Source: a virus | Lineage: Duplodnaviria > Heunggongvirae > Uroviricota > Caudoviricetes | IMG/VR virus record: IMGVR_UViG_3300044858_003749 | Reading direction: 5' to 3' (one strand) | DNA length: 30,882 nt | Part shown: one piece after another, positions 7,801-15,758 of the stretch | Layout: each line of letters opens with the position of its first letter | How positions within the stretch are numbered: the first letter of the stretch is position 1 | Notes under the pieces: generated by a model | Databases searched by the model: none | Told to the model about the DNA's origin: nothing | Seen by the model: only the letters and a program-made list of their open reading frames with translations | Position numbers and translations under genes: made by a program

Positions 7801-9255
7801 ATGATTCTTAAAACTTCTGAAAAAGCCAACCGCAACTATCTCGCAAAGATTATTCGCATTGATAATCTTCGTAAACATCCTAATGCAGATCGGATGCAAA
7901 TTACAACCATTGATGGTAATAATGTAATCACGGGTCTAGATGCCAGCGAAGGTATGCTATATGTGTATTTTCCGCTTGAGTGTGCTATTAACAAAGAATA
8001 TCTTTCCTTTAGCAATTCTTTTGAGGATAAGACTCTTAACTTAGATACCGAAGTAAAAGGTTATTTCCATTCAACCGGCCGGGTAAGAGCAACAAGGCTT
8101 CGTTCGGAAAAATCTGAAGGTTACATTGTTCCTGTTCACAATATTACAGAATGGATTCTGTCTTGTTCGGGAGAATCCGTTGAGATTACAGAAGCTGATA
8201 TCAATAAGGAATTTGATTTGATCTGTGATCTTGAGATCTGCCGTAAGTATATTGTTAAGTACGTCCGTGAGCAATCACAACAAAAGAATCAAACGAAAAA
8301 ATCAAAAGTTAGTCGTCTTGTGGATGAACAATTCCACTTCCACATTGACACTCCCCAACTGAAGAAGTTTATTGGAGATGTTAATCCCGAAGCTTATATC
8401 TCTATTACAAGAAAGCTTCATGGTACTTCTGCTGTTATCAGTAAGATTCTATGTGTCAAGACGCTAAATTGGTTTGAGCGACTACTGAAGACTCTTGGTG
8501 TCAACATTGTTGATACTCATTATGATCTAGTTTATAGCAGCCGAAAGGTTGTTAAGAACGGTTTTATGGATGTCGAACTATTTTTACGAATTCTTTCTTT
8601 ACCAGGGAATAATATTCCTGAAACATATGAAAATGTTGTTAATTTAATTGAAGATTTTAAGAAATACGGCATCAAATTGCAGCCAGAAGTGGTTCAAAAC
8701 CATTTTTACATTACCGAGGTGTGGGGTGATTGTGCCAAGAAGATTGAACCTTATCTTAAGAACGGTATCTCTCTTTATGGTGAGATTGTAGGTTATCAAA
8801 AAGATGGTGCCGAAATTCAGAAAGGTTATGATTACAAGTGTAAACCGAACACCTTTGAATTCTACGCATATCGTGCCACCTACACTTCTGTTGACGGTGA
8901 TGTTTATGAAATGTCTCCAAGAGAGCTAAAGACCTATTGTGACCGTTATGGGATCAAGACTGTTCCTGAGGTTTATTATGGTAAGGCCAAGGATCTTTAT
9001 GATCTTCCAACCGATAATCATTGGCACGAAAATTTCCTACAGAAACTTTGCGATGAACATCTAGAGAAAGATTGTGATCTATGCGATAACAAGGTTCCTG
9101 ACGAGGGCATTTGTCTCCGTGTTGATAAGCCCTTGGATATTGAAATTTACAAACTCAAGAGCTTCGCTTTTCTACAAATGGAAACCAAGGCTAATGATAA
9201 GGGTATTGTGGATATAGAAACCATGGAATCCGAGGAGGTATCGGAAAATGAATGA
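7801..9255 (+). CDS. ATP-dependent RNA ligase, Rnl2/DRB0094-like family
   Basis: N-terminal RKHPNADRMQ segment; nucleotidyltransferase motifs I (RKLHGTS), III (LYGEIVG), IIIa (FEFYAY), IV (DEGICLR), V (YKLKS). Confidence 0.85.
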   Translation: MILKTSEKANRNYLAKIIRIDNLRKHPNADRMQITTIDGNNVITGLDASEGMLYVYFPLECAINKEYLSFSNSFEDKTLNLDTEVKGYFHSTGRVRATRLRSEKSEGYIVPVHNITEWILSCSGESVEITEADINKEFDLICDLEICRKYIVKYVREQSQQKNQTKKSKVSRLVDEQFHFHIDTPQLKKFIGDVNPEAYISITRKLHGTSAVISKILCVKTLNWFERLLKTLGVNIVDTHYDLVYSSRKVVKNGFMDVELFLRILSLPGNNIPETYENVVNLIEDFKKYGIKLQPEVVQNHFYITEVWGDCAKKIEPYLKNGISLYGEIVGYQKDGAEIQKGYDYKCKPNTFEFYAYRATYTSVDGDVYEMSPRELKTYCDRYGIKTVPEVYYGKAKDLYDLPTDNHWHENFLQKLCDEHLEKDCDLCDNKVPDEGICLRVDKPLDIEIYKLKSFAFLQMETKANDKGIVDIETMESEEVSENE

Positions 9256-9487
9256 AGTAACTTGGGCTTTAATCCAACTTATGGATGGTGTAAAAGAACA
9301 CGACCTACAAAACAATACAGGATTATCACAAGAAGATTGTGACCGAATTTGGAATGCTTATCAACTGGCTCTTAAAGAGTTGAAAGTCCATGGGGTTATT
9401 GATAATTTTGTTGATTCTCAAGTGCCAATGGATTCAGATTCAGCAGGCGCCATTTATTCAAATCTTTGGGAGTTATACGACCGATGA
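9248..9487 (+). CDS. hypothetical protein
   Basis: 8-nt overlap with the ligase; GGAGG SD at 9232-9236. Confidence 0.6.
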   Translation: MNEVTWALIQLMDGVKEHDLQNNTGLSQEDCDRIWNAYQLALKELKVHGVIDNFVDSQVPMDSDSAGAIYSNLWELYDR

Positions 9488-9864
9488 ACACAGAGGAAAC
9501 GTTGCAGATGCTGAGAAGGGCCGCATCACAGTTGGAGTCGGCAGGCAAGAAGACCGACTTGGCTCTGTCGCGGATGCAGTCGGCAGTATCGCGGATGAAA
9601 TCTGCCTCCTCCGCGAGGAGCCATGAGAATGCACCAGATCAAGGGTTCGCAGCTCCCCAGCCAGTACAAATAGATCAGAAACCATGGAAAGTTGGTTATT
9701 GGTTAAACTCGCACAATAAATTATGGGTTTATAATCACCAAGGTAATTGCTCTTGGAAATTATTGGATGTTGAACTATGTGAGAAAATTCTTGAAGCGTT
9801 TCATCATCCTGACATTTGGTGCCTACCGTATTGGGCAATAAAAATTCCACCCACCCTTTATTAA
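9484..9864 (+). CDS. mosaic hypothetical protein with a GC-rich 5' half
   Basis: ATG 9484 overlaps the previous TGA; 9481-9660 counted at about 58% GC. Confidence 0.55.
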   Translation: MNTEETLQMLRRAASQLESAGKKTDLALSRMQSAVSRMKSASSARSHENAPDQGFAAPQPVQIDQKPWKVGYWLNSHNKLWVYNHQGNCSWKLLDVELCEKILEAFHHPDIWCLPYWAIKIPPTLY

Positions 9865-9865
9865 A

Positions 9866-10126
9866 ATGGAGTCTTCAATGAATTTAGATGAAATGAGTTA
9901 TAGAGAACTTCGCTCTTTACAAAATAACGTTGCTAGGGCGATAATGAAAAAGAGTAGAACTCTAGAATTAGTGTTACACTTTACTGTTGAAGGTGTGGGA
10001 GATGTTGATTTGGCACCTTATCGTGATATTGATGAGTTAAGACGAGCATTAATGGAATTTTACAATGTTTATTATCCTAGTACACTAAAAATCGTAAGTC
10101 AAACTGAAATTACTGAAAAATTATGA
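9866..10126 (+). CDS. hypothetical protein
   Basis: ORF track. Confidence 0.55.
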   Translation: MESSMNLDEMSYRELRSLQNNVARAIMKKSRTLELVLHFTVEGVGDVDLAPYRDIDELRRALMEFYNVYYPSTLKIVSQTEITEKL

Positions 10127-10359
10127 AACTTTACGTTTACGAACGCACAGTTAAAGCTTATGTTCTCGCTGAGACAAAAGAAGAAGCAATGGATTGTTCT
10201 TGTGAGATTAATCTCTATGAGACCCCAGATGAATCCTGTTATGAGACATATTCTAATGGACTAGGGTGGGACTTGGATTGTTTTGTTTATCATAATGGTA
10301 CTGGCGACATCACCGTAAGAGAAGCCCTTGAAATCGTTAAGAACCAATCTCAGAACTGA
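10123..10359 (+). CDS. hypothetical protein
   Basis: ORF track; ATGA overlap. Confidence 0.6.
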   Translation: MKLYVYERTVKAYVLAETKEEAMDCSCEINLYETPDESCYETYSNGLGWDLDCFVYHNGTGDITVREALEIVKNQSQN

Positions 10360-10398
10360 CACATCTCACTTGACAGATTTGGTTTATTGTGGTATTCT
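10343..10398 (+). promoter_or_regulatory. early (sigma70-like) promoter with upstream box
   Basis: ACCA-N10-TGACAC (10343-10362), TTGACA 10370-10375, 17 nt, TGg-TATTCT 10390-10398. Confidence 0.7.
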
Positions 10399-10437
10399 AT
10401 GACGGTGGTTGAGAAATCAATCCAACAAATAATCGTC

Positions 10438-10465
10438 ATAAATAATCCATCATTATTGGATTATT
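10438..10465 (+). promoter_or_regulatory. late promoter ATAAATA overlapping a 9-bp RBS-sequestering hairpin
   Basis: ATAAATA 10438-10444; AATAATCCA (10441-10449) / TGGATTATT (10457-10465) perfect stem containing the GGA SD; ATG at 10466. Confidence 0.6.
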
Positions 10466-10711
10466 ATGGAAGATTTAAGAATTCTATGTAAATCATGTAA
10501 CACTGAAATTGTAAAGCAAGGAACCTGTGGTTGTCCTAATATGGCAACTATAAGAAACGACAGAATCTCTGCCGTTGATATGTCTCAAATCTTATTGCTA
10601 ACACCTTTAAAATCAAAAACATATAATAGTGTTTTCACTCCAACCGAATTGGCTGAACAAGAAGCCAGACGTAAGAGGAAGGTTAGAAAGTTAGAATTTG
10701 AAGTGAGATAA
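10466..10711 (+). CDS. conserved cyanophage-type Zn-binding small protein
   Basis: CKSC..CGCPN motif and RKVRKLEFEVR tail; family recognition from memory. Confidence 0.7.
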   Translation: MEDLRILCKSCNTEIVKQGTCGCPNMATIRNDRISAVDMSQILLLTPLKSKTYNSVFTPTELAEQEARRKRKVRKLEFEVR

Positions 10712-10732
10712 CAAACATTACACCAAATTCTA

Positions 10733-10894
10733 ATGGACGAAAAAACTAAACAAAATTGGCAAAAGGTAAAAGAAGCCCTAGAGGCCGCCGGTAAGACTGA
10801 TAGCATTTTTTATCGGCGAGCTGTCTCAATTATACACACTGGTCATGATCCATTTGAAAGTTTTTTGAATAACAATGAAACCCGAAGAAATTGA
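10733..10894 (+). CDS. 53-aa hypothetical protein (MDEKTKQNWQKVKEALEAAGKTDSIFYRRA)
   Basis: Read by eye; not in the ORF track; resembles small cyanophage proteins (memory). Confidence 0.6.
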   Translation: MDEKTKQNWQKVKEALEAAGKTDSIFYRRAVSIIHTGHDPFESFLNNNETRRN

Positions 10895-11012
10895 AAGTTT
10901 AATTAATCAAAAAATTAAAGAACACGAAGTCCGCGTAGGTTGGATTAGTGGTGTTATAGGCTCATTGTTTACATTTGGAATTGTTCACTCTATTTGGTTA
11001 CTACAACAATAA
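10875..11012 (+). CDS. 45-aa membrane protein (MKPEEIESLINQKIKEHEVRVGWISGVIG..)
   Basis: Read by eye; C-terminal hydrophobic helix. Confidence 0.55.
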   Translation: MKPEEIESLINQKIKEHEVRVGWISGVIGSLFTFGIVHSIWLLQQ

Positions 11013-11016
11013 TTCA

Positions 11017-11148
11017 ATGTCTGCTACTTTTAACGATCCTGAAAAACAAGAGCTTGATTTTAGTAAGCTTTACCAACGAATACAAAAACAGAAGATGGAA
11101 GAATTATTTTCTGAACCTTATGACGGAGACATGGAAGATGAAGAATAG
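11017..11148 (+). CDS. 43-aa acidic hypothetical protein
   Basis: Read by eye (..QKQKMEELFSEPYDGDMEDEE*); tiles between neighbours. Confidence 0.5.
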   Translation: MSATFNDPEKQELDFSKLYQRIQKQKMEELFSEPYDGDMEDEE

Positions 11149-11332
11149 TGAATTTCATGAAGTTCCTTATTTGTTGGGAGAAATGATTACTGAAATTATT
11201 GCGTTAAAGTCCGAAAAAACCAAGCTCGTTGATGAAATTATTGCGTTAGAGGCCGAAGAATCTAGGCTCATTGAAGAAGAAGCCAGGCTCATTGAAGAAG
11301 AAGCCAGGCTCATTGAAGAAACTGAATCTTAA
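11138..11332 (+). CDS. short coiled-coil protein built from heptad-length DNA duplications
   Basis: ATG 11138 (MKNSEF) preferred over 10994; EEEARLI repeats. Confidence 0.5.
   Translation: MKNSEFHEVPYLLGEMITEIIALKSEKTKLVDEIIALEAEESRLIEEEARLIEEEARLIEETES
11264..11320 (+). repeat. 21-bp tandem repeat, about 2.7 copies (AGGCTCATTGAAGAAGAAGCC)
   Basis: Exact copies at 11264 and 11285, partial copy at 11306. Confidence 0.9.
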
Positions 11333-11339
11333 AACACAA

Positions 11340-11427
11340 GCCAGTCAGAACAGGTGTTCAGAGGGATTTTATAAATCCTTTGCCCTAGATGGGGGCCTTT
11401 GGGAGGGATCATTACCCTCGGCTGGTA
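11340..11427 (+). ncRNA. tRNA-like cloverleaf with non-canonical D and T loops (unconfirmed)
   Basis: 7-bp closing stem GCCAGTC/GGCTGGT plus four internal hairpins; no TTCRA and no CCA. Confidence 0.25.
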
Positions 11428-11428
11428 T

Positions 11429-11483
11429 GACACCAAACAATCTGTCCACTCAAAGACCATATGATCGTCTTTTGTGCTATAGT
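11429..11483 (+). promoter_or_regulatory. early promoter with upstream box
   Basis: GACA-N10-TGTCCAC (11429-11449); TGc-TATAGT 11475-11483. Confidence 0.65.
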
Positions 11484-11540
11484 TCTCATGGTTGAAAGAC
11501 CAAACGTCCTTTATCATTATTTTTAATTTCAACACTCAAA

Positions 11541-11765
11541 ATGACCCAAAAAGCATTCAATCGTAAATTCGCCAAAGATATGTCTATTATCATCCAAGCC
11601 ACAAAGGGTGAGGTTTATCTTGGTAGTTATAATAAACTTGTTAAAAAACTGAAAAAATATTTCATCCAAGAACAAGGAGCACAATTTTACGACGAAGCAG
11701 AATCTGATAATCTTTATTTGTTAGAGTTGATTAGAACCGAACTAGACATTAATGTAGCTGCATAA
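11541..11765 (+). CDS. conserved cyanophage-type hypothetical protein
   Basis: ORF downstream of the promoter; family resemblance from memory. Confidence 0.65.
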   Translation: MTQKAFNRKFAKDMSIIIQATKGEVYLGSYNKLVKKLKKYFIQEQGAQFYDEAESDNLYLLELIRTELDINVAA

Positions 11766-11766
11766 A

Positions 11767-12519
11767 ATGGATACTAACATTTATTGGACTCTTCGTGGAA
11801 ATTACGAAGAGAAAAAACAAAAGCTAGGTAAATGGCCTAGAGATCATATTGAGGCTATTATTCTAGATGTGACTTATAACAATTTCATTCGTGATTGTTG
11901 TGATAATAATTTATTAGCTCTTGAGTTTGGTGTTGAGACACCTATTCCAATTATTGGTTCACATTGGCGTCATATTGAATTTTCTTGCATCGGTAAAATC
12001 CCCATCGGTAAATCTCCTCGCATGGTTGGTTTCATGGTCAAAAACAAATGGGATTATCCCCAACGATATTTGTCTATTAATGAATCTCAAAATGTTATTG
12101 ATTTATTAGACGAGGCTATTCAGCATAATCAGGGTGAGAATTTTAAAGAAGTTGTGACTACTCTTTGGCGATTACGAGATTATATGCAAACACTAAGTTT
12201 TCAGCGAGTTGTTCAAGATTCTTATGGTGAGGGTAATTTCACCCGAGAAGAAGCTAAAAAAGCTATTCAAACCGTAAGAGGTCCAGATTTTTCACACCTT
12301 GTTGATTTTGAGCGAATCAATGGTGATACTATCGCTAGTTGTTTTAAAACCCAGGACGACGAAAGTGTTCTAGTGAGGCAACCGTTTAGGTGGTTACGGG
12401 ACGGAAAAGTTGTTAGTAACGCTTATGAGTCTTATGATCTTGAATGTCTCTGCAATGAAAGGGGTTGGGAGATAGTTCATCGTTATGGTAATTCTTTGGC
12501 TATCGTAAGGACAAAATAA
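11767..12519 (+). CDS. hypothetical protein (250 aa)
   Basis: Long ORF; no motif recognised. Confidence 0.65.
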   Translation: MDTNIYWTLRGNYEEKKQKLGKWPRDHIEAIILDVTYNNFIRDCCDNNLLALEFGVETPIPIIGSHWRHIEFSCIGKIPIGKSPRMVGFMVKNKWDYPQRYLSINESQNVIDLLDEAIQHNQGENFKEVVTTLWRLRDYMQTLSFQRVVQDSYGEGNFTREEAKKAIQTVRGPDFSHLVDFERINGDTIASCFKTQDDESVLVRQPFRWLRDGKVVSNAYESYDLECLCNERGWEIVHRYGNSLAIVRTK

Positions 12520-12522
12520 GCA

Positions 12523-12672
12523 ATGGAAATTCTTATTTTCTTAATTATCTTCTTATTACTTGGTCCTTCTCTTACTATTACTTTCGGAGAACCAATTTCT
12601 CATGAGAATAAGAACAAACCTAAAGGGGCGCCACCACTAAAACTTAAACGTAGGGAGGATACACATGAATAA
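12523..12672 (+). CDS. 49-aa membrane-anchored peptide (MEILIFLIIFLLLG..PKGAPPLKLKRR)
   Basis: Read by eye; 8-nt ATGAATAA overlap with the next gene. Confidence 0.5.
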   Translation: MEILIFLIIFLLLGPSLTITFGEPISHENKNKPKGAPPLKLKRREDTHE

Positions 12673-12952
12673 CATTCTCCAAATTTATGCCCAAAGTGGT
12701 CCTCATGACAGGGCTTTCATTTGCGGAACCGTAGACGATTTAAAGCAGCTACGAGACCTTCTAGATTTAATGCTTCTGGAAAATTGGGATGGGGCTTATT
12801 TGGATACTTTCACTTCTGATGGTGAAGGTTACAGTCTAAAGATCATGAGACTAAAAGAAGAGGATTTTGATAAAATTATCAATCCTTATACTGAGAAAAT
12901 CTTCTCAGAACAACCATCCAAAAACAGAAAACACCCTTGGTTTCTAACATGA
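12665..12952 (+). CDS. hypothetical protein
   Basis: GGAGG SD upstream; ORF track. Confidence 0.65.
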   Translation: MNNILQIYAQSGPHDRAFICGTVDDLKQLRDLLDLMLLENWDGAYLDTFTSDGEGYSLKIMRLKEEDFDKIINPYTEKIFSEQPSKNRKHPWFLT

Positions 12953-13302
12953 ATAAACTTACCGACGATCAGATTTTCGCCTTGACAGTCTTATCAGATC
13001 TATTGCGAGAGAGAACCAGTCTATTGCAGGAGAGAACAAAGCTCTCCAGGAGGTTATCAGTGATACGCCAAGCGTCTCCAGTCTTGGGGCGACGGATACT
13101 GCGGTCAAGATCAAGACAGGTGGTGCCAACCCCACCGCACCAGGCACCAGAGCCTGCAATGGTATCTGTTGGGGTCCTACACGTCTCAGATTTTAGGGGT
13201 TTTGAAAATTGCGAGTTTCAACAAACAGAAGATCTGCCTCCTGGAAGATATGAACTATTTTGCGATCCCCACAATCACAGCATTAATGGAGAATCTAACT
13301 AA
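12949..13302 (+). CDS. mosaic hypothetical protein with a GC-rich centre
   Basis: ATG 12949 overlaps the previous stop; 13021-13200 counted at about 55% GC. Confidence 0.5.
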   Translation: MNKLTDDQIFALTVLSDLLRERTSLLQERTKLSRRLSVIRQASPVLGRRILRSRSRQVVPTPPHQAPEPAMVSVGVLHVSDFRGFENCEFQQTEDLPPGRYELFCDPHNHSINGESN

Positions 13303-13499
13303 TGAATTGTCCTAAATGTTGTGCCTCTTGCGAATGTGATGAGGTAGATGTTGGAGCCAAAATCATTTATGGGCCGTGGAGTTGTCTTGAATGTGGGTGG
13401 TCTGAAGAAGAATATTATGACAGTTCAAATGGTATTCCAAAAGCACAAAAATATTCTAACACGCCACACCCTTATGGTGGTGGAGATTGCGACCATTGA
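13302..13499 (+). CDS. small Zn-ribbon-like protein
   Basis: CPKC..WSCLECGW motif. Confidence 0.55.
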   Translation: MNCPKCCASCECDEVDVGAKIIYGPWSCLECGWSEEEYYDSSNGIPKAQKYSNTPHPYGGGDCDH

Positions 13500-13521
13500 T
13501 TTATTGTCAATGATAACATGG

Positions 13522-13527
13522 TAAATA
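13522..13527 (+). promoter_or_regulatory. putative late promoter (TAAATA) heading the membrane-protein/glycan operon
   Basis: TAAATA about 20 nt upstream of ORF 13547; short motif in AT-rich DNA. Confidence 0.4.
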
Positions 13528-13546
13528 GTTAAAACAATTCTCATCA

Positions 13547-13771
13547 ATGCAACGAACAACAATTCTGCGCTACATCGGTAATATATTTCTGATAGTTGGT
13601 TACTTCATTCTTCTTAATTCTGATATGTTGACCGGGTTAATCATAAAATGTATTGGTGGTCTCTTTGCCTTTCCTTTCGCTATTAAATACAAGTTGTGGG
13701 ATGTGGTTTTTATATCCGCATTCTTCGGTGTTATTGACATTTCTAAAATTATTGAAATCTTAACAAAATAA
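13547..13771 (+). CDS. small multi-pass membrane protein
   Basis: About three hydrophobic segments in 74 aa. Confidence 0.65.
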   Translation: MQRTTILRYIGNIFLIVGYFILLNSDMLTGLIIKCIGGLFAFPFAIKYKLWDVVFISAFFGVIDISKIIEILTK

Positions 13772-13773
13772 TT

Positions 13774-14565
13774 ATGCTTGCTAATAATCTATTATGTAAT
13801 CTCGGTCGTCTGGGTAATCAGATGTTTCAATATGCCTCGCTCAGAGGATTAGCAGCTAAGCATGATTATGAATACTGCTTACCACCAAAACAATTTCTTG
13901 GAACATTGGACCCTAATTGTGCAGTCAGTGATTGCACAATTTTTGACTGTTTTGAGCTACCAGAAGCACCAAGAATGATTCTTCAGGCTCAGACTTTAGA
14001 GGAATCTTGTTTTGAGTTAGACAAATATCTTTGGAATTCTTGCCCGAACAATGTAACCCTTTTGGGTTATTTTCAAACAGAAAAATATTTTAAACACATA
14101 GAACAGGACATTAGAGATGCTTTTACTTTTAAGCCTTATATTACTACTCCTTGTCGTAATTATTACCTGAATAATTTTTCAACGGATACAATATCCTTAC
14201 ACATAAGAAGAGGTGATTATTTAAAATACACTCACCATCCAGTATTAGATTTGGATTATTATTATAGGGCTCTTAAAGAATTTCCAGATCTTCCTGTTTT
14301 AGTCTTTTCTGATGATCCTGAGTGGTGTAAAACCCAAGAACTATTCGCCTCTGATAGATTTAATATTTCACAATCAAACAATACAGCAGTAGATCTTTAT
14401 CTTCAGTCTGTATGTAATTATCACATTATCGCTAATAGTTCCTTCAGTTGGTGGGGTGCGTGGTTAGCGAAGAGTAAAAAAGTTATTGCACCTAAAAATT
14501 GGTTTGGTCCACCATTGACTCATAATACCAAAGACCTATATCTTGAAGATTGGATTTTACTTTAA
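13774..14565 (+). CDS. alpha-1,2-fucosyltransferase-like glycosyltransferase (GT11)
   Basis: GRLGNQMFQYA, HIRRGDY and IIANSSFSWWGAWL motifs. Confidence 0.9.
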   Translation: MLANNLLCNLGRLGNQMFQYASLRGLAAKHDYEYCLPPKQFLGTLDPNCAVSDCTIFDCFELPEAPRMILQAQTLEESCFELDKYLWNSCPNNVTLLGYFQTEKYFKHIEQDIRDAFTFKPYITTPCRNYYLNNFSTDTISLHIRRGDYLKYTHHPVLDLDYYYRALKEFPDLPVLVFSDDPEWCKTQELFASDRFNISQSNNTAVDLYLQSVCNYHIIANSSFSWWGAWLAKSKKVIAPKNWFGPPLTHNTKDLYLEDWILL

Positions 14566-14583
14566 CCGTTACCGAGGAAGCTT

Positions 14584-14931
14584 ATGAATAATTTTGGAGA
14601 ACTATTAGAGAATTGTCTTAAAGAAACCGTAGATTCGGTTCTTTCTAAAAGAGAGGTTCCAGACATTGAATATGTTGAAACCGATAATCTAGGAGAAGTT
14701 GTAGAAAAGCTAGCTATTCTACACGTCCGAATGTGGATGCTGGAGGATCTAATCAACGTATCAACAACCGACGAAGAATTAGCAGATCTAAAACGTAAAA
14801 TTGATATTTGTTTTAAACAAAAACGACCTAAACTGGTTCAGGCAATCAACTTACTGGTGGATAACTCTATCACCAAAAATAAATCATTAAGAGAAGATTC
14901 TGTTAAAATTTATAAAGGTGTTCAAGAATGA
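14584..14931 (+). CDS. helical hypothetical protein (possibly DUF4254-like)
   Basis: DNLGEVVEKLAILHVRMWMLED pattern; family guess from memory. Confidence 0.6.
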   Translation: MNNFGELLENCLKETVDSVLSKREVPDIEYVETDNLGEVVEKLAILHVRMWMLEDLINVSTTDEELADLKRKIDICFKQKRPKLVQAINLLVDNSITKNKSLREDSVKIYKGVQE

Positions 14932-15758
14932 GATATATTGTAGCTGGTCAATCTGACGCCAAAGGTGTTATTGGTGATGATTCCGCTGATTTGAATGTTT
15001 ATTATGAGCTAGGTTGGGAAGTAACTCTCACAACTGTTATTGCAAAGACTCTTTTAAAAGAGGGCTCTCTATTTAAAACTGATACGATTGTAACGGCAAA
15101 GGACAGGGCCTTTTTCTACAGTAGTTTGTTTGACAATGTTATTGATTGGCATGAATTCAAACAAATAGAAAAAAGTCCAGAAGATGAAATCCATTTTCTC
15201 CCAAAGGACATAGATAACTGGTCTAGTTGGGAGAATAGAATAGATCCAGAGTTAGTCTGTAACTTTGATCTTATTACCGATGTGGAAAAAAGATTCAATG
15301 TTATCAAACCTTTCGGAATCTATTGTATCCGGCTAAGAGATCATTGTTCTTGGAGAAACAGTAATATTGATGTTGCAAGAAGTGTAATTTCAAGATTTAT
15401 CAATGAGTGTGGTATTGATATGTTTGTGATGGGTCAGAATTCTTCATTCTTATCCGAGGAGCTTGGTATTCCTAATATCTCATTACGAGAATATGCTTCT
15501 CTAATGGGTAGTAAACATTGTAAGTTTTGTGTTTCTCCAATGTCCGGTATTATTCAGATTGCTAACTTCTGTGGACACGAGAATCTATACAATTTCATTT
15601 TTGATCATAACAGCGAACGTGGACCCACATTAGAAAACCATCCACTCTTTATGGGTAATAATATCAATCTTAAGAATGTAAAAAACATTATAATTCCTGG
15701 TCAAGAAACAGAGGAACAAATCTTTGAATTATATGAAGAAAACGTTGTACATTCATGA
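14928..15758 (+). CDS. uncharacterised protein in the glycan operon (possible GT-B fold)
   Basis: 276-aa ORF coupled on both sides; no diagnostic motif recognised. Confidence 0.65.
   Translation: MRYIVAGQSDAKGVIGDDSADLNVYYELGWEVTLTTVIAKTLLKEGSLFKTDTIVTAKDRAFFYSSLFDNVIDWHEFKQIEKSPEDEIHFLPKDIDNWSSWENRIDPELVCNFDLITDVEKRFNVIKPFGIYCIRLRDHCSWRNSNIDVARSVISRFINECGIDMFVMGQNSSFLSEELGIPNISLREYASLMGSKHCKFCVSPMSGIIQIANFCGHENLYNFIFDHNSERGPTLENHPLFMGNNINLKNVKNIIIPGQETEEQIFELYEENVVHS

Noticed and set aside
9390-9626. Alternative + frame ORF over the GC-rich segment
   Set aside because: It has a GNC-rich pattern but no credible start. The 9484 frame has a coupled ATGA start and continues into the downstream domain.
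11340-11427. Calling a bona fide tRNA-Ile(UAU)
   Set aside because: The T-loop is ATCATTA rather than TTCRANY, the D-loop has only 4 nt, U8 is absent and there is no CCA. Kept only as a low-confidence tRNA-like finding.
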